Assembly (NCBI GenBank): GCA_964252035.1
Contig: CAXUOO010000248.1
Strand: one strand, 5' to 3'
DNA: 64,000 nucleotides
Source: Podarcis erhardii
Taxonomy: Eukaryota
This document shows, one piece after another, positions 10,622 to 24,900 of the stretch; positions within the stretch are counted from its first letter, which is position 1; the number at the start of each line of letters is the position of its first letter. The notes below the pieces were generated by a model that saw nothing but the letters and a program-made list of their open reading frames with translations, did not search any database and was not told the origin of the DNA. The translations under genes and the position numbers were made by a program.

Positions 10622-13600
10622 TTAACGCCTTCCAGCAGAAGATGGACCCACTCGCTCAGTAAGTACAAGGCTGCGCCAAAGCACAAGCTTGCCAGTCGAA
10701 TCCGCAGAAACCAGCAGCGTGTTCTGCAGATTGACAGCTACTGCCAATATGGGAGCCTGTAAACAACGCGATCGACAGCAAAATACACTCCCTAGGCACG
10801 CTCCGTATATATAGCTAGAAAAGTTGTCGAAATTGCTGCTTGAATTGAATATATATATATATATGTAAGGGAAAGGTGACGGACTGTATGCTGGCCAAAT
10901 TCTTCAGAGATTGGCACATTTGTGTGATATGACGCGCATTCACATTTTTAGCCTTATTTTGTGAAAGTCCTTGTACCCATCAGCCCTAAATTTGTCTGTG
11001 TGTATGGCGTATGGTTAAAAAGTGCTCTCTCAGCAAGCACACTGACGAATAATTCGTCACTTCTATTAAACACCACCTTGATCCTCAACTGGACAGAAAT
11101 TCAGTGTGTCTGCTGTAAGTGTCATCGAAAGCGCGTGACAAACATGAAAATACATATATATATATATATAGATAGATAGATAAATAGATAGTTAGATATA
11201 TACATAAATATACTGAGCTACAAACACAAGCGCCTACGCACATGCATAGATACAAGCACATAGAAAGAATGTGTATAGACTATATCATTCCACGTAGACG
11301 CGTAGACGGTGGCAGTGAGACTTGCACGACATTGTGGGAAGAGGATCTAAATCCTGGTGCACTGTGTGCTCGGTTGACGGGAACATAAACTCTGAATTGT
11401 ACATCTGTGTATATATCGAGCAACATATATACTGAGTAATTAATTAGAATGAGTATTTGCGCATATATATATATATATATTATATAAATTTGAAAATTAA
11501 ATGAGTTTCTTTCGTGCATCTGGACCTGATGGTGGCTTAATGTGAATTTTTTAAAAATTGGCTCCCTGCTGTAGTGAGAAACAGCACACATCGCGGTCTT
11601 CACTACCGGAAACGAGCCATCCTCCGCCATAATTTGAAAAGCAGCAGCGCAATGGCAGTAAAGTATGAGCGATGCGCACGCGGTGTCTGCAGAATAGGCC
11701 ACAATCAGTGCTAATGAAGACATATGAGAATACATATATATATATATATGTATATATATGTAGCCGTTTGTGGAAAGCGAAAGAAACGTGCAGACGCTTG
11801 GTGAAAGGGACACGCATATGCTATACGAAAAATTCAAAAATGAATGAAAAACAACCAAGTCTGTGCATTAGGAACACGAAACCTGCAGCAACCCTTCAAG
11901 TCGGTGTGTCTGTATAGCTAGCAGCAGAGAGTGAGCAACATGCTCCGTCTACCATACTCCATATATTCATTTCTATGAAACGACAATAAGATCCCTTGTG
12001 CTCCGATATACTAATACATATATATACAGAGAGAGAGAGAGCCCAACAACCAAAAATATATGCTCAGTACATGATGTCAAACCGAGTACAAGATTCTTCG
12101 ATGAAGGCGCAGCTTGTGTCGTACGCGCACCAGATGTAGCACTCAGGACTTTGGAGCCATGATGAATTTATCTCGGTACAGTGTGTATATATATACGTAA
12201 AAAGTATGTATACGCATATGTAAGTAAATCATTGAGTTTACAACAATGCACTATCGACACAGGTGTAGAGATGTAGTATGTACATGTATGTGCCTTTGTG
12301 TATATGAATTTGTTCATGGCAGTGCGTAAGCTTTCTGCTTTACAAGTGATGTGTACGAGGCGAAGTTCTAATGAAAAAGAGATTCGGCCAGGAGATTGCA
12401 CACCGACATGCAATCAAATGCCCGCAATCTTCGTTTGTTCTACAGCCTCCTGAATCTATATGAGACTCACAACACACTCTTCACAATAACAAATGAACTC
12501 GCATTTGTTATGCGTATCTGCATTTGATGAAGCGACATATTTACTAATATATGTATATTCATAAAATATTCAACCAATCGTATAAATCTACTCAGTATCG
12601 AGTTCTACTTAGATATAAAGCATTTTAAAGTAAGCCTGCACATATATATATATATATATATATATACTTGTCTATATGGACTCTTCCAAACGATCATTGA
12701 GGAAGAAAGAAAAGATAAGACTACAACAGTGGAGACAGCTTACTCTTTGTGGTGGCACACAAAATACTATTGACGCCTCTAGGGGTGGTGGTGCAAGTGA
12801 GGAGAACCCACGAAAGTCAGAGGTAGAGACTTAGTAGCCACAACATTGATATATATATTGATATATATATATATATGTGCCGCTGCTATATGACACATAA
12901 GTACAAAAAGCAAATACAGCTTACCTTTGTGCTACTCACCAACACACAATGTCGACACAACAGAACGATATAGCAAACTTGCTGACAAGAAGACCATCTT
13001 CTTCAACGAATACATGTAAATGAGAACTACAATCTTTTCTTATAAATGAACAGAGAAATTCCTCTTGGAAGAATATGAAATTATATATATATATATTATA
13101 TATAGATGTATATGCGTATGTATAGCGATACACGCGTTGGTACAGTCGTTTTTTTGCTAGGCTATACTCGTATATATTTATATAAGAATATATATGAATC
13201 TGTGTATTTTTTGACCGAGTGGAAAGAGAGCGAAGAGACAGATATTCAGTGAAAGGAGGCAGACAGTTTGGCAGACAAAGCAGTGGATAGGACGAATAGA
13301 TGAGAGAAAAGTAGATCCCCAAAACGAACATACTCTACTTCGAACTCTCTACATATGTTTAAGTAGGAATTCTCGAGATTTTCGTACCTGACGATCAGGT
13401 TGGTGAGTAGTCGGGGCCCGTATACACACTCAATAATAGCTATCGAAGAATCGCAGCAATTCACTAGCAAGCGAGGGGGTTGTTGAGGTCCTGTGCTTGA
13501 CACGAAGGTCAGACAAGTTATCGCTGCCTTGAAAAAAACCCAACAGGTGAAATGCATGCACAAGCTTTACTCAGTGAACGCGCGATTGGTATACATAGGT

Positions 13601-14839
13601 CTAGATTGTGTCTCACAATACATGCGTATCTGCATCTAGACTGGGGCATATGCTTGTATTTGTGAAACTGAGTACAGGACTAGAAAAAAACTCGGTCCAG
13701 CAACAACTCAAAATTTTTCCCTTGCAATATGTCAGAAAAAATTCACTGATGAAAGCCAGAATCATGCACACTTTTTTTGCCCGCCACTTCTTAGCAAACC
13801 CACAAGTCATTTTTATATCTACAGCCGTACTTGCCATTCTAGATATATATATATATATATATATTCACTCCCTCGTATACATATAAGAACATATGTCATG
13901 TACACATACATATATGTAGATACTTGCATACATACTTGCATTATTTGTTGATATTAATGAACACAGAATCGCGAGTAGGTAGAAATAAATATCATATATA
14001 TATATATATATATATCCACGCTCGCAGATACACAGAGACACAATACAAATAACAAATGTTGAATGCATCATTGTGTGATCGAAGTAGAAGACGTTTTTAC
14101 ATATATAGACATGCATAGGATAGCCTTTCTGCCTGTGCTGCGGAAGAAGATTCCTGAGAAAAAAGTAATGTGAAAGGCCACAGTCACCTGCTGATTTTTG
14201 TGTCATTTCACCCAGTCAGTGGCTCAACTCAGAAACACGCGACAAACAAAACACAAAAATGCAGAAGTGTATATATATATATATATATGTATAGAATTAA
14301 AGGCTCTTCATACTCTTCCTAGAGACGTGTGGAATTTGTATATGATTCTGTTCGAGTCAGTCGCTTCAAAAACATTGACAGTGCCCGCCTTGGTGCCAGC
14401 AAAGCAAAAGAGGCCCGTGTCATCAAAGCGAAGGGCACGAATTTCACTCTCAGCTTTTAGTTTTTGTAGCACCTGCAGAAAACAGCAGGAAAAAATATCC
14501 ATAAATTTGTATAAATATACATATAAATTACACATATACATACGTATAAATGTAACTGACATGTGAGAGTAAAAGCGTAGTAATATACCTGCAGAGGTTT
14601 ATATCTAAATCTATCTATCTATCTATCTATCTATCTATATATATATATATATATGTATATGTAGATAGATATTTAGTGGAACTGTCGCGGCTACGAGTAG
14701 CATATGCATCTACGTCCAAGACGAAAAAGAAATCATTTTCTACGAGAAATACGATTTCTTGCTCGATGTTTCAGCGCTGAAAAAAAGAGGGCTGAAGAAG
14801 ATGAAAGCGAGAAAGAGAGAAATGGAAATCTCATATGTG

Positions 14840-14877
<38 letters not shown>

Positions 14878-16719
14878 CGAATTCCTTTTACTGCTACAAA
14901 GGGACGATTTCAGCCCACAAGTGGAATACTCTGCAGCAGTCCTCCTCCTCATCCACTCATAGCGCATATCAAGTGTATATAGAAGTTAATGTATATATAT
15001 ATATGTGAATATACACAGAGAGAGAGAGAGAGAAGCTTTGTGGTATGTTTGCCTGTTGCTTAGCTAGGCGAGGAGTAGTTGGAAAAGGAAGCGAGACAAG
15101 GCAAATGTGGTCATTAGAAATGCTTTTCCTGTCGAAGAGACAAAGACTGCACCATCCGAAGCCAACGCAAAAAAACTACAGACATATATATATATATATA
15201 TATATATATGTGTAGGACCTGAATTCAAGTTGAAGAATGAAAGTATATATGTCATCGTTGGAAAACACCCGATTTTGTGTGTTTGCATTTCCAGAATGAA
15301 GGAGAAAGTATATAAACGAGACAGAAGCAATTCAAGTTGAAAAAGTGAAAAACAGGAGAGATAATGCAGAAACGCAAGCACAAAACAAATGTGGTGTATA
15401 GATATATATGTATATACATACATGTATATATGTAGTGGAAGCTATGTGATCGGAGTGAAGAAAGGAAAATGCATACTTTGAGCGAGACGGAACCACAAGA
15501 AAGGCAGAAAAAACGCGACAAGAGCGTATATATGGCAACATATGCAGAAAACTAGATTTTCGAAGCTACACACAGACAACTCTTCCTCCGTCTACAGAGC
15601 GTTCTGTAACTTCACAAGAATGCATACATATTTTTGTCTACTCATCCTTTTTAAGCATAGAAAGCACTGCCGCATAAAAACAAAAGCAAGAAGGTTCGGG
15701 CACTGCTGGCGGACTCATAAATTTGTCTAAAGCGGTAGAAATCAGTAGAAGCGAACACATGTATGTGTGTTTTCTGTAAAGCTCATGTAATAAACGATGC
15801 AAATACACACTGGAAAAGGCGCCTAAGGTGCTTGTTTACGCAACGATGGTTTAGAATAGTTTGTGAAGTTGGTCACATGAGGGCCGCACGCTAAATCGAC
15901 ATTGAGACTCATTTGCAGACTGCTATACATTGTCAAAACCATCATAGAAAAGCTGTCAAGCAGTATAGATATTGTTGAAAATGAAAGAAAAGAGAAGATA
16001 TGAAAATCACAAAAAAACTGAATAGGCGCATGGGCTGGATACATTCAAAACGCAAGGAGCGATGCACGCGGTAAGGAAGAGAAAACTCACACAAGAAAAG
16101 AATAGAAAGCCAGCGTTTCAAGAAGAATTCAGTGGAGAACGTCGACAAACTATGCACGCATACTGTAAACTTTTGCATCATAACTGAAGTTCATTGAAAA
16201 AGCTAAGTCACAACTCGGTGTGCACTTTTGGAGATATATATCTACATATGTTTTTACTTATAAAAATCTATGTATGTTTTTGTCACAGCTAGTGATTCGA
16301 TGCTGTGAAAACAGACAAGACGTGAAAGCACGACAAACACGTCACGACAAGCATAACACTCCCTATTGACCTACATGCCTATACACACAACCCATATATA
16401 TATATATATATATTTATAATATATACAGACATGCATAGGTTTTTGTGAGTATGTAAGCAGAAAGATGTTGTCATTGAAACCCAACCTGAAAGACTACCTG
16501 AAGTCCCAGAAGACGGCATACAAATAAATTTTCACTACTCTCGCAAACCTACCACTGAATATGTATATATTTATGTATATATATGCAGATGCAGTTCGAC
16601 CATGATTTGAAGAGACCGACACATATAATTTCATGAGAGAGCGGGTTGGAAGGTAGAGGGAGGAATATGCTCAGTAGACATATGAAGGATATAAAAGTCA
16701 ACGAGTAGACTCTTGAATG

Positions 16720-16764
<45 letters not shown>

Positions 16765-17727
16765 TGCCAGAACATGAGGGAGGTATACTAAAATCCATTT
16801 GTAAAAAAGATATACTGGATCCTAAAAGTGGAAAGCTAAGGAGAGGTTTTTACACACAAAATGAAAAAACTGCTTACTCTACCAGTAGTGGCGCAGACCA
16901 CTCGTAGCACTGCATTGGAATTAGAAGTGAGAAAGATGGTTGGGTTGAATGGAAGAATAGCCGCAGCAAGGGATGCTGCAGAGTCGGTGAAAACTTTCAG
17001 CATTTCTCCATTGTTTACTTGCCTGCATCAACACACACATAACTACGAGCAGTGGTAAAGTAGTACAGAAGATGTGGTCGAAAATTGCTGCTTGGAGTTA
17101 CATCAATACACGCCTGGAAAAAAAAAACTCATTTTATTCTTGCTGGCAAATGTGACTCTTGTCCTGTTTGTCGTTTACTTTTGTGCATGCAAGGGATATA
17201 TATATATATATATATATAAATGCCACCTTCAAATCATAAGAAGCACGTTCACAGTGTTCATATACCCGAAATGCTGAAACAATGCAGACGTGTAGACATA
17301 AACACGTACAAAAGACGTAAATGGTATTTTCATTTGCAATTCGCTTTTACTCTTTATATATTTGTATTACATGCGAATACATACTTTCTGTCTTGCACGT
17401 TTTAGACGTACATACGGACATATATACAGAGTAAATGGTGTGTACACTGGTCGAGTCACATTCTTTATTCAAAGAGAAAATGTTTCTCGTTCAAAAACCC
17501 TATATGAGGCGGTGTTCTCACACACAGTTAGTGCAGTAAAAATAACATGAAATACAATAGGTATGTACGCGCATGTATATTCAAATATATACTGAACGAG
17601 AGATGTACATGTAACAGTATTATATAAAATCTATAAATTGCATAACAATGCACTATGTGAGTGTTTTCCTCAAGCATAGATACAACTATTTACCTGCAAA
17701 TATATATGCACATACGGAACTCATCTA

Positions 17728-17775
<48 letters not shown>

Positions 17776-18242
17776 ATCGGTATCGTATCCTAAACATCGA
17801 AACTGCTTTATTAGCAGAAGACTAGATGCGTACATTCAAACTTGTAAATATATTTATAACTCGAATTGCCTCTCTACAGACGCAGATATGCATGTACCCA
17901 TTCATTCTTCCTTTACGAAACTAGCAGTAGGCAGAATTGGGGACATACGGGCGCTTGCCAACCAAAACGTCTCATCATATTATTCAAGTAAATAATTATT
18001 ATGTAAATTAATTATATATCTATACGGGAGAAAAGTTTCCAGGCTTTTGAAGTTGTCTTGATTCCCTTTCAAAGCTAAAGCTTATCTACTTAGAGAATCT
18101 CAATACGCCGTCAAATGAATTCGCAAACCATAGTAATCCATATATATCGACATATCTTTATAGATGTGCACGCTTCTGCATTCTGCACGCACATCTATAT
18201 ATATATATACTATGTATTAAATATGCTAAAATTCATGTATAT

Positions 18243-18289
<47 letters not shown>

Positions 18290-21200
18290 TGAGTGCAGAA
18301 TGCAGATGCGTTCATGTCTAATATAATCGATATAACGGATCCGGAAGACAGGTGTGCTGTTGCCACTATTGTACTTGCTGACTGCTTATGCATATGATAC
18401 TGCAAAGATATACCTGAACTTCTAACTTTTTTCATGACTACTGAGTTGCATTGCATGGACTTTCTGTTTCGAAAGAAACCGCGGGCTCATAGATCCAGCC
18501 AAGCCTACGGCAGTGTTGAAGCAAAACCTTATTTATAAAGAAACTTTATCATGCTTTTCGTGTCTGTCGTGTGCAGCGTATGATCAGAACAGATTTTTGT
18601 TTGATTCGAATTTTGATTTTGTGACAGACTCCGCAGCTTCTTCATTGTTGCAGCGAAGACACAATCGAACCCCCAAAACGCATCGAACGAAAAATAATAA
18701 TGTGAGAAAAAAGCTTTAGTACTCTGCATTGAATGAGAGCGTCGTCAGCTGAGCTGAAGTTGAGGAAAGTTTTTCGACATGCTTGACTATACTGGACTAT
18801 CCACATTGCATGTAAATTTGTTGTGTTTCGTCCTTGCGCTTAGCAATGGTGACTTTTCTTTACTTTTCGCCTGTGCATGCTTAGGCGTGAGATTCGCATT
18901 CAGTGATAACCACCGTGTGCTATGGATACTTTTTCGAAGAAGTGTTCAAACACTTCTTTTCAATCATAATTTCAGTGAGCCAAGATGTTTTCAGTGGGAG
19001 CCCTCAAGCGTGTGCCAACATGTGTTTTTAGTTGACTTTTCTTTCTCAATTGCTAAACGTGCACGTTTCATCATCATCATCATGACGTGCTGCGAGTGCC
19101 CACCTCATTGGCAAGCTTTCTTGACTTAAAGAGTTTTGCTGTTTGTTCGGGTTTTTTTGTTATTAGGAAGGCGTGAAATTTTCTTAGTAAGAAAACCTGC
19201 AGAAATTCACCTGCCGCTAGTTTCGCGGACTGAAACAAAATGCTTTTTCCGTTGGAAAAGAAGGGCATCATCTTCGAGTTGGTATTGCAGCTTTTTTCGT
19301 GCACTCTATTCCTCAGTTATATGCTTTTTTTCAATGGAGGATCGAGGGGATTGTAGCTGAGACCAAAACTTACAAAGCCATTAAGGACGCTTACCAGAAA
19401 CGAATCGACTTGTCGATTGAAGTTGTGATTAGGTGGTCTTCTAACAGCGAGAAAAAGAGGCAAGTTACTGCGCGAGAGTGGCCAACCTGTAGGGCAAAAA
19501 ACACACCTTATCATGTCTATACTTTGTGCATTCTTTGTAGAGTCTCCCTCTGCGTTGTGCTTTGTTCACTTGTCTCGGCTCTTTGTCTATTCTACGAACT
19601 AGTTTTTATTATGTGTTTCGCGCTATCATCCACCAAAGTATCTGTAAGTTCCCGTCTGTCTTTTACGAGAAGCGTATGTATATACCACGTCTGTCTTTCT
19701 CTACGCTAGTAAAGAGGCTTGTATGATCGCTATTCTACATCAATGTTCTCGCTGTATTCCTTGTCTTCCAGTCTGTTTGACTGGTTCTATAACTCTTGAT
19801 ATGTCTGAAAAAAATGTCTATTTCTCTCTCCACCTGTCCTTCAATTCACGTTAATATGTACGCATGCGCCTCTTTCTAGTTGTCTTCTTCTCCCTCAGCC
19901 TCCTACCAGTCCCAGATATATCTCCATGTATGTCTAAATGTACATATATATATAAATATATGTAAAATATGTAGCTGAGGTTATACTGTTTCCTTTGTCT
20001 CCCTTTCTCTCTTTACCTCCTTGTGGTGTATATACACCCTATTATTTCTCGCGGTCTGTGCAAGTTTTTACGGCCCTTTTTTGTTTTCTACTCCTGTTCT
20101 GCCTGGTAATACTGAAATGCTTCTCTTCAAACTCCTTCACCACAGACACATAGTTTCAGCGCAGAGTCTTCTTCTTGCAACTTCAACATTATTCAGAGTT
20201 CCCTTTCATACATACATATATATACTGATGAGTGTAGTATTTGCTGTGGACTCTACAATCCCATTGTTTATCTGATCCTGTATTCGAAAAAACCCATAAC
20301 TATATACCTCTATGTGCATGCAAAAGCTTCGTGATCTCTTGCATTCATTGAGCTCGCTTCATATGATATATATGTGTAGATGTACAGAAAAAATCGTACT
20401 CATCTTTCTATCTATCACAATTTGTCTACATTTCCACTTAAGTATTCAAAACTACCTATATATATATTTATCTATCCATCTATCTATCTATATATATATA
20501 TATGTATTTTGAAGAATCCTGAGCGTGTATTATCATAGCTCTTGTGTGCTTTTTCTGCGGTTCTGAAGTGAATCAAACTTGTATCGACAAGGATTTTGTA
20601 GTTGTGGGAAATAGTTTATGGAACCCTTTTTAGGTCTAACTGCCCAACAAATGACAAACACGCGCTTCAAGACGCAGCTAGAGATACATGCAACAGTCCA
20701 AATGTCCATACATGTACATGTGTGCATTCGTGTAATTTACACCTACCTATTCTGGCTCAACAACCACATTCCATATGCATGTGAACATGCACATACCTAT
20801 TCTAAGTGTGTGTAAATATTATTGCATGCGCATTAAATGCGGAAATGACAAACGGCAATCTTTAGTAAAAGGCGAAAGATTGAAGCGCTATGTCGTGACC
20901 ACTGCTGCGCTACTCGCTCTTGCGCCCCTCCACACATATACATGAATATACATACATACATAAATATATATGTATGTGTATATGTTGAAGTGGAAAGTAG
21001 TTTTGACAGGCTTTCACATACACTGCAAACTTTCTGTGAGTTTTTGACAAGGATTTTTACACAGCCTGACGCACTTCCGCACGGCAAGCGCGCATGCGTC
21101 GAGAATTCTGCACCGACTGGACGATATCGATATGCCTACATCTTCAAACAGGATTTCTGCAGTGAATAATTTGTTTCACCGTGACTCTCTGCAAGTGCGT

Positions 21201-21978
21201 CTTTTCCACTGCAAAGAACACTGGTGAAAAAGGCGACTAGCCAGACACAAGCAGGCACTGCACACACTGAATCAGTTCCAACACATATATATATGTAAAC
21301 AGCTCACACATACACAACACCATACACACACATATACCATATATATAGGTCGAGAAGAGATACAGATGTCTAAGTGTGTGTGTGTGGGTGAATCACACAA
21401 AAAAAACCTGATTCCCACACAGAGAGAAAGAGAGCAGTTCACACACAACCCACATGCAAGGAAGAGAGTGAGTTTAGAAAGAAGCTGCAGCGAACCCGAG
21501 CCAACACTTTAGTAAAGTCTGAAGAAAGACAGTGCAGAGGAGGAGAAACAACCATCACAGCAGAGCGAGAAAAACTCACCAAACGCATGTGCACAGACAC
21601 ACAAGGGCCACGCAGAACGCCTTCTTCTTCCTCTCCTCCTGCTCGCATGCGCTTCTTCGCTGCGTCTTCTTCAGCAAAAGAAGACGAAGAAGAAGAAAAG
21701 GGACTTTCTTCGAAGTTTTCTTTCGCCTTTTTCTCAGCTGCACTCGAAGCTGCAGCCACTGCAGGCGAGTCACTTCCCCCCCTAGAAGCAGCAGAGGCAG
21801 TGGCAGCACTCAATGAAGACTGTTCTGAGCGCTCTGAAAACAAGCGTTTTTCCATTTCGGAGCGGTAGCAGCGATACAACACCACGCTTCCGTCTTTGCT
21901 CGCTGCTGCCAGCAAAATGTAGTCTCTGTCTTCTCTTTCTTTTCCGAAAGCTACGCAAGTAATCGCTGCTGGCGAGTC
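10622..21978 (-). other. MyoF: MyoF WD40 beta-propeller tail (exons 11-17)
   Basis: [22 protein letters not shown]; [26 protein letters not shown]; [20 protein letters not shown]; [10 protein letters not shown]; [24 protein letters not shown]. Confidence 0.9.
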
Positions 21979-24900
21979 CTGCATGCAAACGCACCAAACA
22001 CAATCGAAAAAGGAAAAAATTACACTAACTATGACACAGGTAGCCAGATACTATGTGTGCACATATCAACAATATACATATTTATAGAGAGAGAGAGAGA
22101 CACTTACTATGCCTATATATATATATAGAGAGAGAGATATATATATATATATGTAGATGTAGATGTAGATAGATGTGCTGCAGAGAACACGCACGCTGAT
22201 CTTAGTACACACATTATGGTTGGGAGCGTGATGAGGACACAGCAGTGCAGACCAAACATGCATTGATCTATCGATATATGTATATAGAATGTACAATATG
22301 TATAGAAATATGTACATGAATTTGTATAAATGTGAATGAACAAATTTGAATAAATATATATAAAGAGGAATATATGTATTTGTAGAAAGGCCAGCACCGG
22401 TCTTCTGCTCAGTCTCGAGTTAATGATGTGAGAGAGTGTCTGCATGTGTGCCATCAGCTAGAAACACATGTTCACAGAAATTCAGTAGAACAGGTCCAAA
22501 CTGCTAAGAAAATAGAAATGAATTCACGTATTCTTTGTGTGAGAAAAGGGTCCTGCAACACAAGTGCAAAGGAGATTTCGAAAAAATACAGGTGGATACG
22601 GGAAAAAGACGGAACAGCTGCTCCAGTGCATGCAGGCAGGCATGCACACATACATACATACTTACACAGCTAATATAAGATACATATATATATATGTATG
22701 TATATGTCTGTGCGTGTATGCTTGTGCCTTTAATGCTTAAAAGGAAACCAGGACATCTCGCTGTGACAAAAAGCTATTTATCTTGAAGACGTGAATATGC
22801 ACATATACGAACCAAGTGTGGATGATGACAACTCTGTCATCACTCGCGCATGCATAGTAGTGTGTGCATATATGAAGAATATTCATTCACACACACATAT
22901 ATACATATATGGAAGCGTGAAGACTGATGAAGGTGAGTTATTGATTCATGCATGCATATGATGCATGCGCGCACATAATGGCGATAGATTTTTCGAACTG
23001 TTATTGAAGACATCAGCAGCAGAAACAGTATTGCTTCTTAACCATAAGAACAGACAAAAGATATACATGTCTGTAAAGGAACTGAAAGAGAGAGAAGGAG
23101 TCGCAATAGTGAATCTACACATATATGTTTATTGAATGGTGTCTATATAAAGAGGCGCCGCAATTGAGAAAGGTGCACGACTAAGTGTACCCACGCAACT
23201 ACCCAGAGTATATACACCGCAGAAAGGAGGCTTTTTGAGTGAATGAGATTTCTTTGAAAAACAAAGGCAGCAGCAATGCCTGGCTGGACATGACTGCGCA
23301 CAGACTATATAGATATCAAGGCTCCATAGTAGTACTGCGAAGTTTTCAACTTCTTTCAAGCCTCCATACGTGTTTATAAAAAGCAGCTGAGCACACAAGT
23401 GGAAGAATAGTAGCTTCTTCAACGAGAAGAGAACGATCACCTGCAATAGAGCGATGAATACAAACACAACCTCAAATGTTTGTACGTCAACACAGCACCC
23501 CAAAGAAGAAACGGGCACCAACAAGGATCTTCTGTACATACATATATATATATATACACCTATGTGCATGCGTGTGGATGATGAATTTGTACGTCGTGAA
23601 GAAGGAGAAGGAGAAGAAGAGTGGGTCACTGTAGTGAATACGCAGATAGGATTTGAGTCTACTACACACATGCAGTAAACGAAGTAGACATACGACTATG
23701 TCTATATTTGTGCGAGTGTCTCGAATAAGAGGGTTTCAGTGAGTAGTGAAAAGGGCCTTTACTACGGAAGAGGAAAAAGACGGACTTGCAACTCCTGAAC
23801 AGGGAGAATGACTGAACTGCCGTCTAGAGAGGCAGTCCGAGAAAGCGGAAAAGCAGCGCTGGGAGAAGAGGCGGCAGCAACAGCAGCCAAGCGATCACGC
23901 AGTTTCCTAGCTAAAGCACCAGTGGCTCTAATGCTGGGTCGCAACAGTCGAAGCTCCAACACAGGTCGGTGAGAAACTTGCGATTTCGCAGAAAAACTGC
24001 AGTGGTGGTTGTGTGGAAGCAAAGCAGCAGTGCTGCTAGTGCTAGTGCTAGTGCTGCTGCGTGCGTAAAGCGAAGAAGGTTTCGCGAGAAAGGAGCGAAT
24101 CGACTCCAGAAAAGTCGAACTACCACTAGTACCACTACTATTTCGAGTAGTAGTAGCACTACTTGATTCTGCAGCTAAGTTTGTGGGGAGTGGTGAAGGC
24201 GATGGAAGTAGGCCTGCACTTGCTGAGTAGGCCGCTGTTTGCAGCAGGTGTTGTTGCAGTTGCTGCAGACTCGCTCGCCAGCCGTGAATAAATGGGTAGA
24301 TTTCTTCCAGCAGCGTTTCGAGTCGCACCAGTTCTCGGTAGTGGCACCGCATTCCCGTTGCTGTGCAGAAATGAAGAAAAAACAAACAACAAAGGAGTAT
24401 TGCACACACCAAAACACACACACACACATGTTTTCCCCCCAAAAAACAGCTCTCAAACAGTCGCCCACTCCTCCTGAGAAAAGAAAGTGCATGCAGTTGC
24501 TGCGACGACGACACCTCACACACACTTCCAACACAAGAAACACCTCGTTTGTGGAAGTGGAGATCTACACATGCGCGTGTGTTGGAGGCGTGGCTGTACG
24601 TACACGAGAACCGCATATTACATGTATAAAGTGAAGGAAGTGATACAGCTTGCATAGCGCGCTACAGCAGTGGACTTTGACATGGGAAATTTTCACAAAA
24701 CCAGAGACAACACAACTGCGAAATTCTGCACTGAAAAGCACACACACACACACACTTTATATTCGACTGCTGTAGAATTTTTTACAAAAACCACTCTATG
24801 TAGAGATGCTGTCTAGTGCAGGCGTGTTCGTTATATCTATGTAAAGGAGATCCCCAAAAGAGACGGGAGTGTGAGGCGTCTTCGATTCAAGCCGTCGCGA

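Noticed and set aside
17490-17500. Telomere-like AAACCCT (also at ~40814)
   Set aside because: Isolated single copies, not arrays.
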